Assembly: GCA_025839675.1 (NCBI GenBank)
Contig: CP104013.1
Location: 3,720,001-3,752,000 of the forward strand
DNA: 32,000 bases
Direction of reading: 5' to 3'
Source of the DNA: Candidatus Lokiarchaeum ossiferum
GTDB lineage: Archaea; Asgardarchaeota; Lokiarchaeia; Sigyniarchaeales; Promethearchaeaceae
The notes under the pieces were generated by a model, which was given only the letters and a program-made list of their open reading frames with translations, did no database searches and was not told where the DNA came from. This document shows, piece after piece, positions 8,408-16,313 of this stretch. Numbering within the stretch: position 1 is the stretch's first letter; each line of letters begins with the position of its first letter. A program made the translations under genes and the position numbers.

Positions 8408-9649
8408 ATGTCAAAAATTGAATTGGCTTCAAAACAAACGGAAACACGAGTGAAACAGGATGATAGTTCACTCAAAAAATACAAAAGGAACATCAATCTA
8501 CTCCATGTGTTAAGTTTTCTCATGGGAGTGCACTTCTTCGGTGCAGTAATGATTGCATTCTTTGAAGGATGGGGAGGGATGACCTTCACCCAAATCATGT
8601 TACTTGAATCTATCTTCACAGGAGCAATCTTCCTATTTGAGATTCCTACAGGAACAATAGCTGATAAATTTGGAAGAAAATTATCTTTGAACCTTGGTAA
8701 CGCTATAAATACAGTTGCTGTTCTGGTTTACATTGCATATCCAAATTTTTGGATCCTTGCCTTGGGTGAAATCATATGGGCATTAGCCGTAGCTCTCAAC
8801 TCCGGAGCATACGAAGCTTTAGTCTATGATTCACTGTTGGAGCTTGGGCGCGAGAAAGAATCGAAGAAAATATATTCTCGAGTTCGTAGTTTAAGTCTGG
8901 GAGGCATGGTCATGGGAACTATTGCGGGAGGTTTCATAGCATCTACTTGGGGTGCTTGGTCTACTATGGCACTCTCAGCAATTCCATTGGCGTTGGCTGC
9001 ACTGTTAGGAATGTTCCTAGTTGAACCAACCCAACATGAGCAATCCAAGAAAGACTCCCCTTGGCAAATATTCCAGAAAGGATTGAAAACAATTCGAAAA
9101 AATAAAGGTTTGAAACGGATCATAATGGATTCAATCATCCTCTCGGTGATTGCTTATTATTCGGTCTGGTTATGGCAATCTCGACTTATGGCTTTAGGTG
9201 TCAATATGGCGTATTTCGGATTAATCCATGCAAGTATGGTCATCATTCAGATCTTATTGCTGAACATGATTCAACCTTTGGAAAAATTGCTGGGATCCAA
9301 GAAAGGCCTCGTGGTTTTTACCGGAGTCGGAATGGGTGTAGGATTCGTTCTCTTTGGAATCACTGACAATGTAGCATTTGTGATCTTAGGTATTTTACTT
9401 GCCGCCGGACTCGGAATGAGCCGAAGAACGTTCATGACCAACTATATGCAAAAACACATCGATTCGGGACAACGGGCCACAACCCTGTCCACCGTTTCTA
9501 TGATGCAAAAATTCTTGCTCATGGTGATCAACCCTTTAATCGGTTATCTGACAGAATACAGCATCACTGGTGTCCTATTGGGATTGGGAGTTCTGGCAAT
9601 CCTTTGGAGTTTATTCACTCCAGTCAAAGAATCCTATTTGGAAGATTAG
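8408..9649 (+). CDS. MFS transporter
   Basis: 413 aa with about 12 hydrophobic segments. MFS motif A, GTIADKFGRKLSL, sits between TM2 and TM3. Confidence 0.85.
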   Translation: MSKIELASKQTETRVKQDDSSLKKYKRNINLLHVLSFLMGVHFFGAVMIAFFEGWGGMTFTQIMLLESIFTGAIFLFEIPTGTIADKFGRKLSLNLGNAINTVAVLVYIAYPNFWILALGEIIWALAVALNSGAYEALVYDSLLELGREKESKKIYSRVRSLSLGGMVMGTIAGGFIASTWGAWSTMALSAIPLALAALLGMFLVEPTQHEQSKKDSPWQIFQKGLKTIRKNKGLKRIIMDSIILSVIAYYSVWLWQSRLMALGVNMAYFGLIHASMVIIQILLLNMIQPLEKLLGSKKGLVVFTGVGMGVGFVLFGITDNVAFVILGILLAAGLGMSRRTFMTNYMQKHIDSGQRATTLSTVSMMQKFLLMVINPLIGYLTEYSITGVLLGLGVLAILWSLFTPVKESYLED

Positions 9650-9677
9650 GTGTAAATTCATATCTTCTCTTTTTTTT
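9603..9677 (+). repeat. Direct repeat copy A: 3' end of the MFS gene plus its T8 terminator
   Basis: The core at 9614-9649, TTCACTCCAGTCAAAGAATCCTATTTGGAAGATTAG, recurs at 11448-11483 with one mismatch. Weaker similarity extends from TTTGGA (9603) to the T8 tract (9670-9677). Confidence 0.85.
9670..9677 (+). terminator. T8 tract, putative terminator of the MFS gene
   Basis: TTTTTTTT begins 21 nt after the stop codon. Confidence 0.35.
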
Positions 9678-9787
9678 GATTTAATCAATTAGTAGTATTG
9701 AGAAAGTAATAAAAAGCGTTGTTTTTGTGCAAAAAGTACCTTTTCGAGATATGACATTTAAAACCGATTAATGGCAATTATATTTTT

Positions 9788-10489
9788 ATGGATTATGAAG
9801 AATTACAATTTTCACAGGATTCTCAATTTGAATTCGAGAATGTTGGAATCAGTGGAGATTTACCCATTCCTGTATGGTATGCTGCTGGTGGATTGTTTAC
9901 TTTAGGGGGTATTTTCGTGCTATATACAATGATTAAGGAATATTTATTCGGTGATCATAGTTTTGACAGCTTCCTTATTGGGATTCTTATGATATTGATG
10001 CCATTACTCTTTTGCTTCATTGGTTTGAGTATAATAGAATTTTATGCCAATAAAAGTAAATATACGGATATTATGTGGGGATTAGCCCGATTTTCCTCAC
10101 ATTCAATTGAATTGTTTGATCCTGCCCATGAGCCGACGATGACAATTCCGATCGAAAGTATTCGCAAAGTTAATTTGGCAAGTAATGTCATGAAGACGTT
10201 TCTAAAAGAAAACCCCAAAAAATATCTTACTCAGTCAAGTGTGCATTATTATATTTATTTGGAATTAGTGGATGGGCAAAAATTACTTCTTGGAAAGGCT
10301 TATCGGCGAGGTGGAATTCAATTGGGGAGAGAAGTTAAGCTTCTGCAATCTTTTTTTGCGGATAGACCTCAAATGGACTATATTTATTCAAAAACTTTAC
10401 GAACGAGAGGAATTTTTAGTAAATTATTAAAAATAACTGGAGCTTTGGTAGCGCTCTTTGCAATCATCGTATTCATAGTAGGTTCTTAA
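9788..10489 (+). CDS. Hypothetical membrane protein (two N-terminal TM segments, soluble middle domain, C-terminal TM)
   Basis: Hydrophobic segments are VWYAAGGLFTLGGIFVLYTMI, FLIGILMILMPLLFCFIGLSII and the C-terminal ITGALVALFAIIVFIVG. I recognised no family motif. Confidence 0.55.
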   Translation: MDYEELQFSQDSQFEFENVGISGDLPIPVWYAAGGLFTLGGIFVLYTMIKEYLFGDHSFDSFLIGILMILMPLLFCFIGLSIIEFYANKSKYTDIMWGLARFSSHSIELFDPAHEPTMTIPIESIRKVNLASNVMKTFLKENPKKYLTQSSVHYYIYLELVDGQKLLLGKAYRRGGIQLGREVKLLQSFFADRPQMDYIYSKTLRTRGIFSKLLKITGALVALFAIIVFIVGS

Positions 10490-10696
10490 TTATTTTTTTG
10501 TTTTGTTTTTCCAAATTACACATTTTTAACTTCTAAACAATCATCACTGCAGGTTAATTAGCTTCACATTAGTCTATTTCAGAAAAACAATAGAACTTAA
10601 ATTTTGAACTTTGAGATTTAGTTACATTTACCTTTCACAATAGTAGATGAATTAATTTAGAAGACATGTTTCACAAAAAAGTGAAAAAAAATAGGT

Positions 10697-11179
10697 TTAC
10701 TGAATTGTGCCATTCAAAATTCCTTTTACTCTTAATTCTGCCGCTTTATGAGCCTTTTTCTTTGTATTAATAAACATATAAAGGATTATCCAAATGAATG
10801 TTCCTCCAAAGGCTGCAAACATTAGAGGTCCACCTATCCATCCTTCTGTTTCTGATGTAAAGTAGTTATAAAATGGAATGATAATTATTGCCAAGAAAAA
10901 GGCAACAGCTAGACCAATTGGTAGATAACCTGAGCGAAATTCCATTTTTTCAAGATAGCAGTGAGGACACACTCGATATCTGCGCCTAATTCGAATGTTT
11001 CCTCTCTTTCGTGTAAAAGTATAAAGTATATTACATGAATCACAAACTTGTTTTTTGCAATAATGACATGTTTCTACAGCCAGCCGATCTGGGTGATTCG
11101 TACACATTTCGTCCATATGTTGTCCTAAACAATGATCATTAATATAATATTTATGTTGAAAATGTAGGAACAACACCAT
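10697..11179 (-). CDS. B-box-like zinc-finger membrane protein
   Basis: Cys-rich N-terminus CTNHPDRLAVETCHYCKKQVCDSC...CPHC is followed by two TM segments (LPIGLAVAFFLAIIIIPF and LMFAAFGGTFIWIILYMFI). The ATG at 11116 (MDEMCTNHP...) is a more likely start than the ORF maximum. Confidence 0.6.
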   Translation of the reverse strand: MVLFLHFQHKYYINDHCLGQHMDEMCTNHPDRLAVETCHYCKKQVCDSCNILYTFTRKRGNIRIRRRYRVCPHCYLEKMEFRSGYLPIGLAVAFFLAIIIIPFYNYFTSETEGWIGGPLMFAAFGGTFIWIILYMFINTKKKAHKAAELRVKGILNGTIQ

Positions 11180-11436
11180 TTTTTGTGCAAATAGTACACC
11201 TCACTAAATTTGAAATTTTAAACAAGGAAAAAATTCATTTTCCCTTATGATTGAAATTAATTGAGTGTGATATTGAAGACTTATCTAAGTTGAAATACCG
11301 ATAAACACTTCAATAAATCCTTCACGAACAAAATATGTAAAATAACTGGTTTTATAGTCTATATAAATTGTGTATTCAAGCGAGGACTTTACCAAAAATC
11401 TTTATGAAATTTCCTGATATTGTAGGTTACTTAACA

Positions 11437-11510
11437 TTTGGAACTTGTTCACTCCAGTCAAAGAATCTTATTTGGAAGATTAGTAATTCCCAGTCTTCCC
11501 ACTTTTTTTT
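11437..11510 (+). repeat. Direct repeat copy B: orphan remnant of an MFS gene 3' end plus T8 tract
   Basis: The core at 11448-11483 is identical to 9614-9649 except C/T at 11468. In the MFS frame it reads NIWNLFTPVKESYLED*, versus ILWSLFTPVKESYLED* in the intact gene. That frame is closed by TGA at 11415-11417. T8 lies at 11503-11510. Confidence 0.85.
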
Positions 11511-11591
11511 CCTTTCTACAACCACAACTAAAATTTTTCAAGGGGGATAAGTGTCTAGAACTGTTTAAATTGTCATGTTAAGATTAGTCAT

Positions 11592-12230
11592 TTGAGATGC
11601 ACAACTATGAAAAATAAAAAACCCATGCTCATAACAATATCATTATTAACTATTTTAACTGTTTCTGTTATTGGAGTTCTTGCTTACAATTCCAATCTAC
11701 TCAATCCTTCCCTTTCTCAAGACGAAGTGGATGATCTTCAGTTTAATCGTGAAGAGGAAAAACTCGCACGTGATACCTATCTAACTTTATTTGCAACATG
11801 GAATATCTCTGTGTTTGAAAATATTGCCCGAAGTGAACAAACTCATATGGACTCTATTGGAGATCTGCTTGTTCAATATAAACTCGAAGATCCTATTGTC
11901 GATGATAGTATTGGGAATTATAACAATTCCATATTAACCGATTTGTACTCAGATCTGATTGCTCAAGGAATTAATTCAACCATTGAAGCTTTAAAAGTGG
12001 GTGCCTTTATCGAAGAGATGGATATCAAGGATTTACAAGATTTCATAAGCCGCACCGATAATACTGCTCTTATTGCCACATATGAAAATTTGATGCGGGG
12101 CTCCCGGAATCACTTGCGTTCTTTCATTAATACCCTCGAAATTTATGGTGGATCATATCAACCCACTATTCTTTCAGAAAGTGAATTCAACTCCATTATT
12201 TCTACTCCAAATGAAAAGGGTAACATTTAA
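11592..12230 (+). CDS. DUF2202 ferritin-like protein with N-terminal signal/anchor
   Basis: EEEKLARDTYLTLFATWNISVFENIARSEQTHMDSIGDLLVQY matches the DUF2202 pattern (EEKLARDVY...F.NIa.SEq.Hm). The likely start is ATG 11607 (MKNKKPMLITISLLTILTVSVIGVLAY), since the track start at 11592 is TTG. Confidence 0.75.
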   Translation: MRCTTMKNKKPMLITISLLTILTVSVIGVLAYNSNLLNPSLSQDEVDDLQFNREEEKLARDTYLTLFATWNISVFENIARSEQTHMDSIGDLLVQYKLEDPIVDDSIGNYNNSILTDLYSDLIAQGINSTIEALKVGAFIEEMDIKDLQDFISRTDNTALIATYENLMRGSRNHLRSFINTLEIYGGSYQPTILSESEFNSIISTPNEKGNI

Positions 12231-12242
12231 TTTTTTTTTTTT
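12231..12242 (+). terminator. T12 tract, putative terminator of the DUF2202 gene
   Basis: Twelve consecutive T begin immediately after the stop codon. Confidence 0.45.
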
Positions 12243-12385
12243 GAATTATTTTCTAATTGCATGATCTATAAATTGAAAGAATTTATTTTGACTAAGCATT
12301 AATTGATCCAAATGGAAACAAAACTTTCATCTTATCTACTCAAATTGAAAAAAATACTAAAATTTCGAAGTCAATTGATATAGCC

Positions 12386-12793
12386 TTGGTTGCGGAGAGT
12401 CTGGAAATTTCCAAAAAAGAATTATTGGAACTATTGATAGGGTGGGGAGAATTTCTTTCTTTCAAAATTGAAAAAGATCATATTGTCGTCGATGATCTTG
12501 GGAAGTTTATTGAGAGTATTGATTCTCAATTTGCTACCTGGGGTGAAATATCATCTTCAGATCGCAAAGATGGGAAAATTTATGAACATATCAATAATCA
12601 AAACGAAATTGAAGAAACCAATGAAATATCCAATATAAAGCAATCAAATTATCAACAAACTATATCAGAAAGAATTATTCGAGAGACTGAAATTGTTTCA
12701 TTCCATCAAATTCCATTGATTCGGCGGGATGCAGAAGTCTTATCAAAGATAGAATCAAGACTTCCGATTCGATACTTTCTGCTCCTCATATGA
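12386..12793 (+). CDS. N-terminal/central part of an LRR protein, apparently frameshift-split (possible pseudogene)
   Basis: The track start is TTG. An ATG ORF at 12312-12383 (METKLSSYLLKLKKILKFRSQLI*) would join this frame if the A7 run at 12348-12354 had one more A. The ORF ends at an ATGA overlap with the LRR ORF. Confidence 0.4.
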   Translation: MVAESLEISKKELLELLIGWGEFLSFKIEKDHIVVDDLGKFIESIDSQFATWGEISSSDRKDGKIYEHINNQNEIEETNEISNIKQSNYQQTISERIIRETEIVSFHQIPLIRRDAEVLSKIESRLPIRYFLLLI

Positions 12794-13086
12794 CATGGGA
12801 TACCTTTGGATTTATTGATAAAGAAAATCGTGTAATTAAATTAGGACTTTACCATAATTCTCTCACTTCACTTCCAGATATTATAGGAAACTTAACATTA
12901 CTTGAAGAATTATATTTCAGTAGTGATCAGATCCCCTTTCTCCCTGAATCGATCAGAAACTTAATATCACTAAAAGAGATACATCTCAGCTTCAGTTCAT
13001 TTTCCTCCATTCCTGAAAAAATTAAAAAATGGCTTAAAGAACTTAAAAAGATGGGTTGCATCATCTACTATGAATTGAAAAGCTAA
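12790..13086 (+). CDS. Leucine-rich-repeat protein (C-terminal part of the split gene)
   Basis: LRR units: LGLYHNSLTSLPDIIGNLTLLEELYFSSDQIPFLPESIRNLISLKEIHLSFSSFSSIPEKI. The preceding W-D-T-F-G-F...V..L.L lead-in usually sits inside a longer protein. Confidence 0.55.
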   Translation: MTWDTFGFIDKENRVIKLGLYHNSLTSLPDIIGNLTLLEELYFSSDQIPFLPESIRNLISLKEIHLSFSSFSSIPEKIKKWLKELKKMGCIIYYELKS

Positions 13087-13104
13087 AATTGGGAAGAAAA
13101 ACGA

Positions 13105-14280
13105 ATGCAAGATAAATTGAATAAAGAATTATGGAATAAATTACTCAAAATCCGTGATAAAAAGCGACGCAGAGCAGTTTTAGTAAAAATAGGTTATTCT
13201 CCCATAGAAATCGAACATATTTTAGCTGATCTCCACATTCACAGTCGGGCGAAATTAAAATACCCCCGCGCTGAGCAGATGCAATTTACTCAAGCTGGAT
13301 TGGAACAAGCCTCTTCTAAATGGCTGGCGGAATATCGCACTTTGAAGATGAAGCAAAAAATTCCCAAGATTTCCCAAGTGTTAGAAGTATGCTCTGGGAT
13401 AGGGGGAGATACTATTGCTCAAAGTCTTCGATGGAAGTTACTCACTGTGGAAAAAGATCCTGAGATCATTGCATTGCTAAAGCATAATCTAAATGTGTAT
13501 AATCTCCTCGAGAAAGTGCAGATCATCGAAGGTGATATCTTAGAATTACTTCAACAAAAAAAATTCATGGATAAACTCACCAATATCGATGCGATTATTT
13601 TTGACCCTAGTCGTCGCCATGGCTCTGATCATACTGTGAAGATTGAAGAATATCTCCCTCCCCTCTCGATTTTATCTGATTTAGAGCAAATTTCACCCAA
13701 CATTGTTGTGAAAATAGCACCAGGAGTGGATTTTTCTCATATTCCTTATACTTGCGATATTGAAGTCGTATCCTACAAAGGGTCCGTCAAAGAAACCATG
13801 TTATGGTTTGGCAAGTTTATGCAGTCTGAAAAGCAAAGCATTATTGCTACCAAGTTACCTGAGAATATTTCAATAATAAAACAAGACTCAGTTAGCGTTC
13901 CAACTCTAACTGGTCCCAAACAATATATTTACGAGCCGGATCCTGCTTTCATTAAAGCTCATGTTATCAATGATATTGCCAATGAACATAAATTAACACT
14001 TCTTCATGAAAAACTGGCGTACTTAACTAATAATGTTTTTGTTAAAACTCCAATTTTGAAATGTTACCAATACATTGCTCACTGTGATCTCGATTTTAAG
14101 AAAATAAATAATCTCCTAAAACTCCATCAGATAGGAAGGCTAGACTATAAATCCCGGGGGGTCAAAATTGATCTCAAAACCGTCCATAAATCTATTGAAT
14201 ATCATGGCAAAAGGCAAGGTATCCTGATTTTTACCCTCGTGTCTCAAAAACCTTCAATAATTTTGTGTAAGTATTGTTAA
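13105..14280 (+). CDS. Class I SAM-dependent methyltransferase with THUMP-like C-terminal domain (cap guanine-N2 MTase-like fold)
   Basis: Motif I is VLEVCSGIGGDTIA. The post-motif IIFDPSRRHGSDHTVKIEEYLPPL matches D.iF.DPaRR....k....e..P.l. The tail reads VVKIAPGVD...IEVVSYKGSVKETMLWFG. Confidence 0.7.
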   Translation: MQDKLNKELWNKLLKIRDKKRRRAVLVKIGYSPIEIEHILADLHIHSRAKLKYPRAEQMQFTQAGLEQASSKWLAEYRTLKMKQKIPKISQVLEVCSGIGGDTIAQSLRWKLLTVEKDPEIIALLKHNLNVYNLLEKVQIIEGDILELLQQKKFMDKLTNIDAIIFDPSRRHGSDHTVKIEEYLPPLSILSDLEQISPNIVVKIAPGVDFSHIPYTCDIEVVSYKGSVKETMLWFGKFMQSEKQSIIATKLPENISIIKQDSVSVPTLTGPKQYIYEPDPAFIKAHVINDIANEHKLTLLHEKLAYLTNNVFVKTPILKCYQYIAHCDLDFKKINNLLKLHQIGRLDYKSRGVKIDLKTVHKSIEYHGKRQGILIFTLVSQKPSIILCKYC

Positions 14281-14326
14281 TTATGCGAATGACTTAAATA
14301 GGGTATGTATTAAAACTGAATCCTTC

Positions 14327-14746
14327 TTAACTAATGGATTTGAGTTTTTTTTCCAAGTATTTAATTTCACTTTCCTTTGTTTTGAGCTTGAAATTTTGAT
14401 CCGTGTCCAGATCTTTAAGCAGCTTCTTCTTCTTTTTTTCGTGCCCTGTTTTTGCCTCTTTCATAGCAGTGCTAATTTTTTTGTGAGTTTCTTTTGCTTC
14501 CTTTAATTCTGCTTTGACCGCAAAGTAGTGGGTTTCTGCTTCTTTTAGTTTTTGTTGTTTAAGGGTGATATTTTGATTCGCTTTCTCCATAACTGAGCTA
14601 TAATTGGTATTTAGTCCATTTAGCTCTTTTTGCAAATTAGCCATTAGTTTATCCTTTTCAACGGCATAAAATTCTTTGATTTTAAGGATTTCTTGCTCGA
14701 GTACTTCTTTTTGTGAATTGATTTGGGTAACTTCTTCTTGACTCAT
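14327..14746 (-). CDS. Hypothetical Lys/Glu-rich coiled-coil protein
   Basis: 139-aa ORF with continuous heptad-like charged sequence (EILKIKEFYAVEKDKLMANLQKEL...KEAKETHKKISTAMKEAK). I recognised no family. Confidence 0.5.
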   Translation of the reverse strand: MSQEEVTQINSQKEVLEQEILKIKEFYAVEKDKLMANLQKELNGLNTNYSSVMEKANQNITLKQQKLKEAETHYFAVKAELKEAKETHKKISTAMKEAKTGHEKKKKKLLKDLDTDQNFKLKTKESEIKYLEKKLKSIS

Positions 14747-14825
14747 TATAATTTCAGATCCTAGATTACATTTTGCAGTTAAAGTTAAAAAAGGATTAGG
14801 GAAAAATTAACTCCTTCTTTTTTGA

Positions 14826-15311
14826 CTACTTCTTAGTGGTTCGTTCCTTGATAATCAAGGCTTTATTGATTTTCTTCAGAATTCCTTTCAAGTTGATTAT
14901 ATCTGTAGGATTCAAGGCATCAATGACACTCCGAATCTCATCCTTCTGGATATCAATCGCTTTGGCATAAAGATTATTTCCATGCTCTGTTAGAACAATT
15001 TCCACTTTTCTTCGATCCTTAGGGTTGGTTTCACGCTTCAAAAGACCTTTATCAACGAGTTGATCAATAATTCCGGTTGCAGTTCCTGCTTTTAGCTTGA
15101 AATGGTTTGCAAAAGTTTTCATTGTGGTTCTTTTTTTTGTTCCAATATACAGGACTATCTGAAAATATCTACCGAAGGGATCACGAATTAATTTATAATT
15201 ATCATGCTTTACAAACTCAAGTAATTCCGGACGATTTACTAATAAAACATCTCGAACTTTATGTAAAAGAGTAAAAAATGAGGAAAGAATCTCATCTTCA
15301 TCTTGATTCAT
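14826..15311 (-). CDS. MarR family transcriptional regulator
   Basis: Classic MarR wHTH and wing: TATGIIDQLVDKGLLKRETNPKDRRKVEIVLTEHG. It is divergent from the ABC transporter genes. Confidence 0.85.
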   Translation of the reverse strand: MNQDEDEILSSFFTLLHKVRDVLLVNRPELLEFVKHDNYKLIRDPFGRYFQIVLYIGTKKRTTMKTFANHFKLKAGTATGIIDQLVDKGLLKRETNPKDRRKVEIVLTEHGNNLYAKAIDIQKDEIRSVIDALNPTDIINLKGILKKINKALIIKERTTKK

Positions 15312-15382
15312 AATAATATTTAGTATAAAATGACTATTAAATATTTAATTTTCCAAACATTCAATTTTTTTAAATTTTAGAA

Positions 15383-15399
15383 TTACGAATAGTTCGGAA
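15383..15399. promoter_or_regulatory. Imperfect palindrome TTACGAA-tag-TTCGGAA; candidate MarR operator
   Basis: 6 of 7 arm positions are complementary. It lies in the 186-bp divergent region between the MarR gene and the ABC ATPase gene. Confidence 0.2.
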
Positions 15400-15497
15400 T
15401 ACGAAGTATTTTTATATTAGTTTTGTCATTAGAATCTTACTATAGATACTTCTATAAAATTAAAAACAATATATATTAGGAAATAATTGACTCACAA

Positions 15498-16313
15498 ATG
15501 ACAAAAACGGCTAAAGGTTACAGCAACACTATTTGGAACGGTGTTTTACGGGATGAATATGCCCATAGTACTTCCATAACTAACATTTCACAACAACAAA
15601 GAAGCATCATTTCCATTACCGATGTAAAAAAAATTTATAAACTTGGGGATATAGCTGTAAATGCACTGGATGGGGTTTCCTTTGACATATTTGAAGGAGA
15701 AATTGTTTTCATTCAAGGTCCTTCAGGGTCGGGAAAAACCACTCTTCTTAATCTTATTGGGGGTATTGATACTATTTCTGAAGGAAATATCAGAGTGTGT
15801 GATGATACCCTGCGTTCTATGTCCGCAAAACAGTTAACAATGTATCGAAAACAGCGCTTAGCATTTGTTTTTCAGTTCTATTCTCTCATTCCCACCCTTA
15901 CAGTTTTGGAAAATGTGGAATTGACTATGGAACTCATGAAATTTCCACAGAAAAAAATTCGAAAGGATGCGGAGCATTTCATTGAAATGGTTGGTTTGAA
16001 AGATCGTCGGAATAATTTTCCATCCCAACTTTCAGGAGGGGAACGTCAACGCGTGGCAATAGCCCGCGCCTTGGCAAAAAATCCCGATATTTTATTAGTC
16101 GATGAACCAACTGGACAATTAGATCAAGATTCTGGGGTCAAAATTGTGGACTTAATTCGGACTATTGCGAAAGCCCAAAATAAAACGGTGATTTTGGTCA
16201 CCCATGATTTGGAAATTATTAAATTTGCAGATCGGGTCATAAAATTACGATCTGGTAAAGTAGTGTCCGATAGTCCGCTGGAAGGGAGTGCCCAAATTGA
16301 AAGCTATATATAA
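15498..16313 (+). CDS. ABC transporter ATP-binding protein (MacB/LolD-type)
   Basis: Walker A GPSGSGKTT, Q-loop, signature LSGGERQRVAIARAL, Walker B ILLVDEPTG and H-loop VTHD. An N-terminal extension of about 35 aa precedes the usual start. Confidence 0.9.
   Translation: MTKTAKGYSNTIWNGVLRDEYAHSTSITNISQQQRSIISITDVKKIYKLGDIAVNALDGVSFDIFEGEIVFIQGPSGSGKTTLLNLIGGIDTISEGNIRVCDDTLRSMSAKQLTMYRKQRLAFVFQFYSLIPTLTVLENVELTMELMKFPQKKIRKDAEHFIEMVGLKDRRNNFPSQLSGGERQRVAIARALAKNPDILLVDEPTGQLDQDSGVKIVDLIRTIAKAQNKTVILVTHDLEIIKFADRVIKLRSGKVVSDSPLEGSAQIESYI

Noticed and set aside
14327-14746. Coiled-coil 139-aa protein considered as a possible ESCRT-III/CdvA-like or other cytoskeletal ESP.
   Set aside because: There is only generic heptad-like charged sequence. 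The length and the lack of any family-specific motif do not support the assignment.
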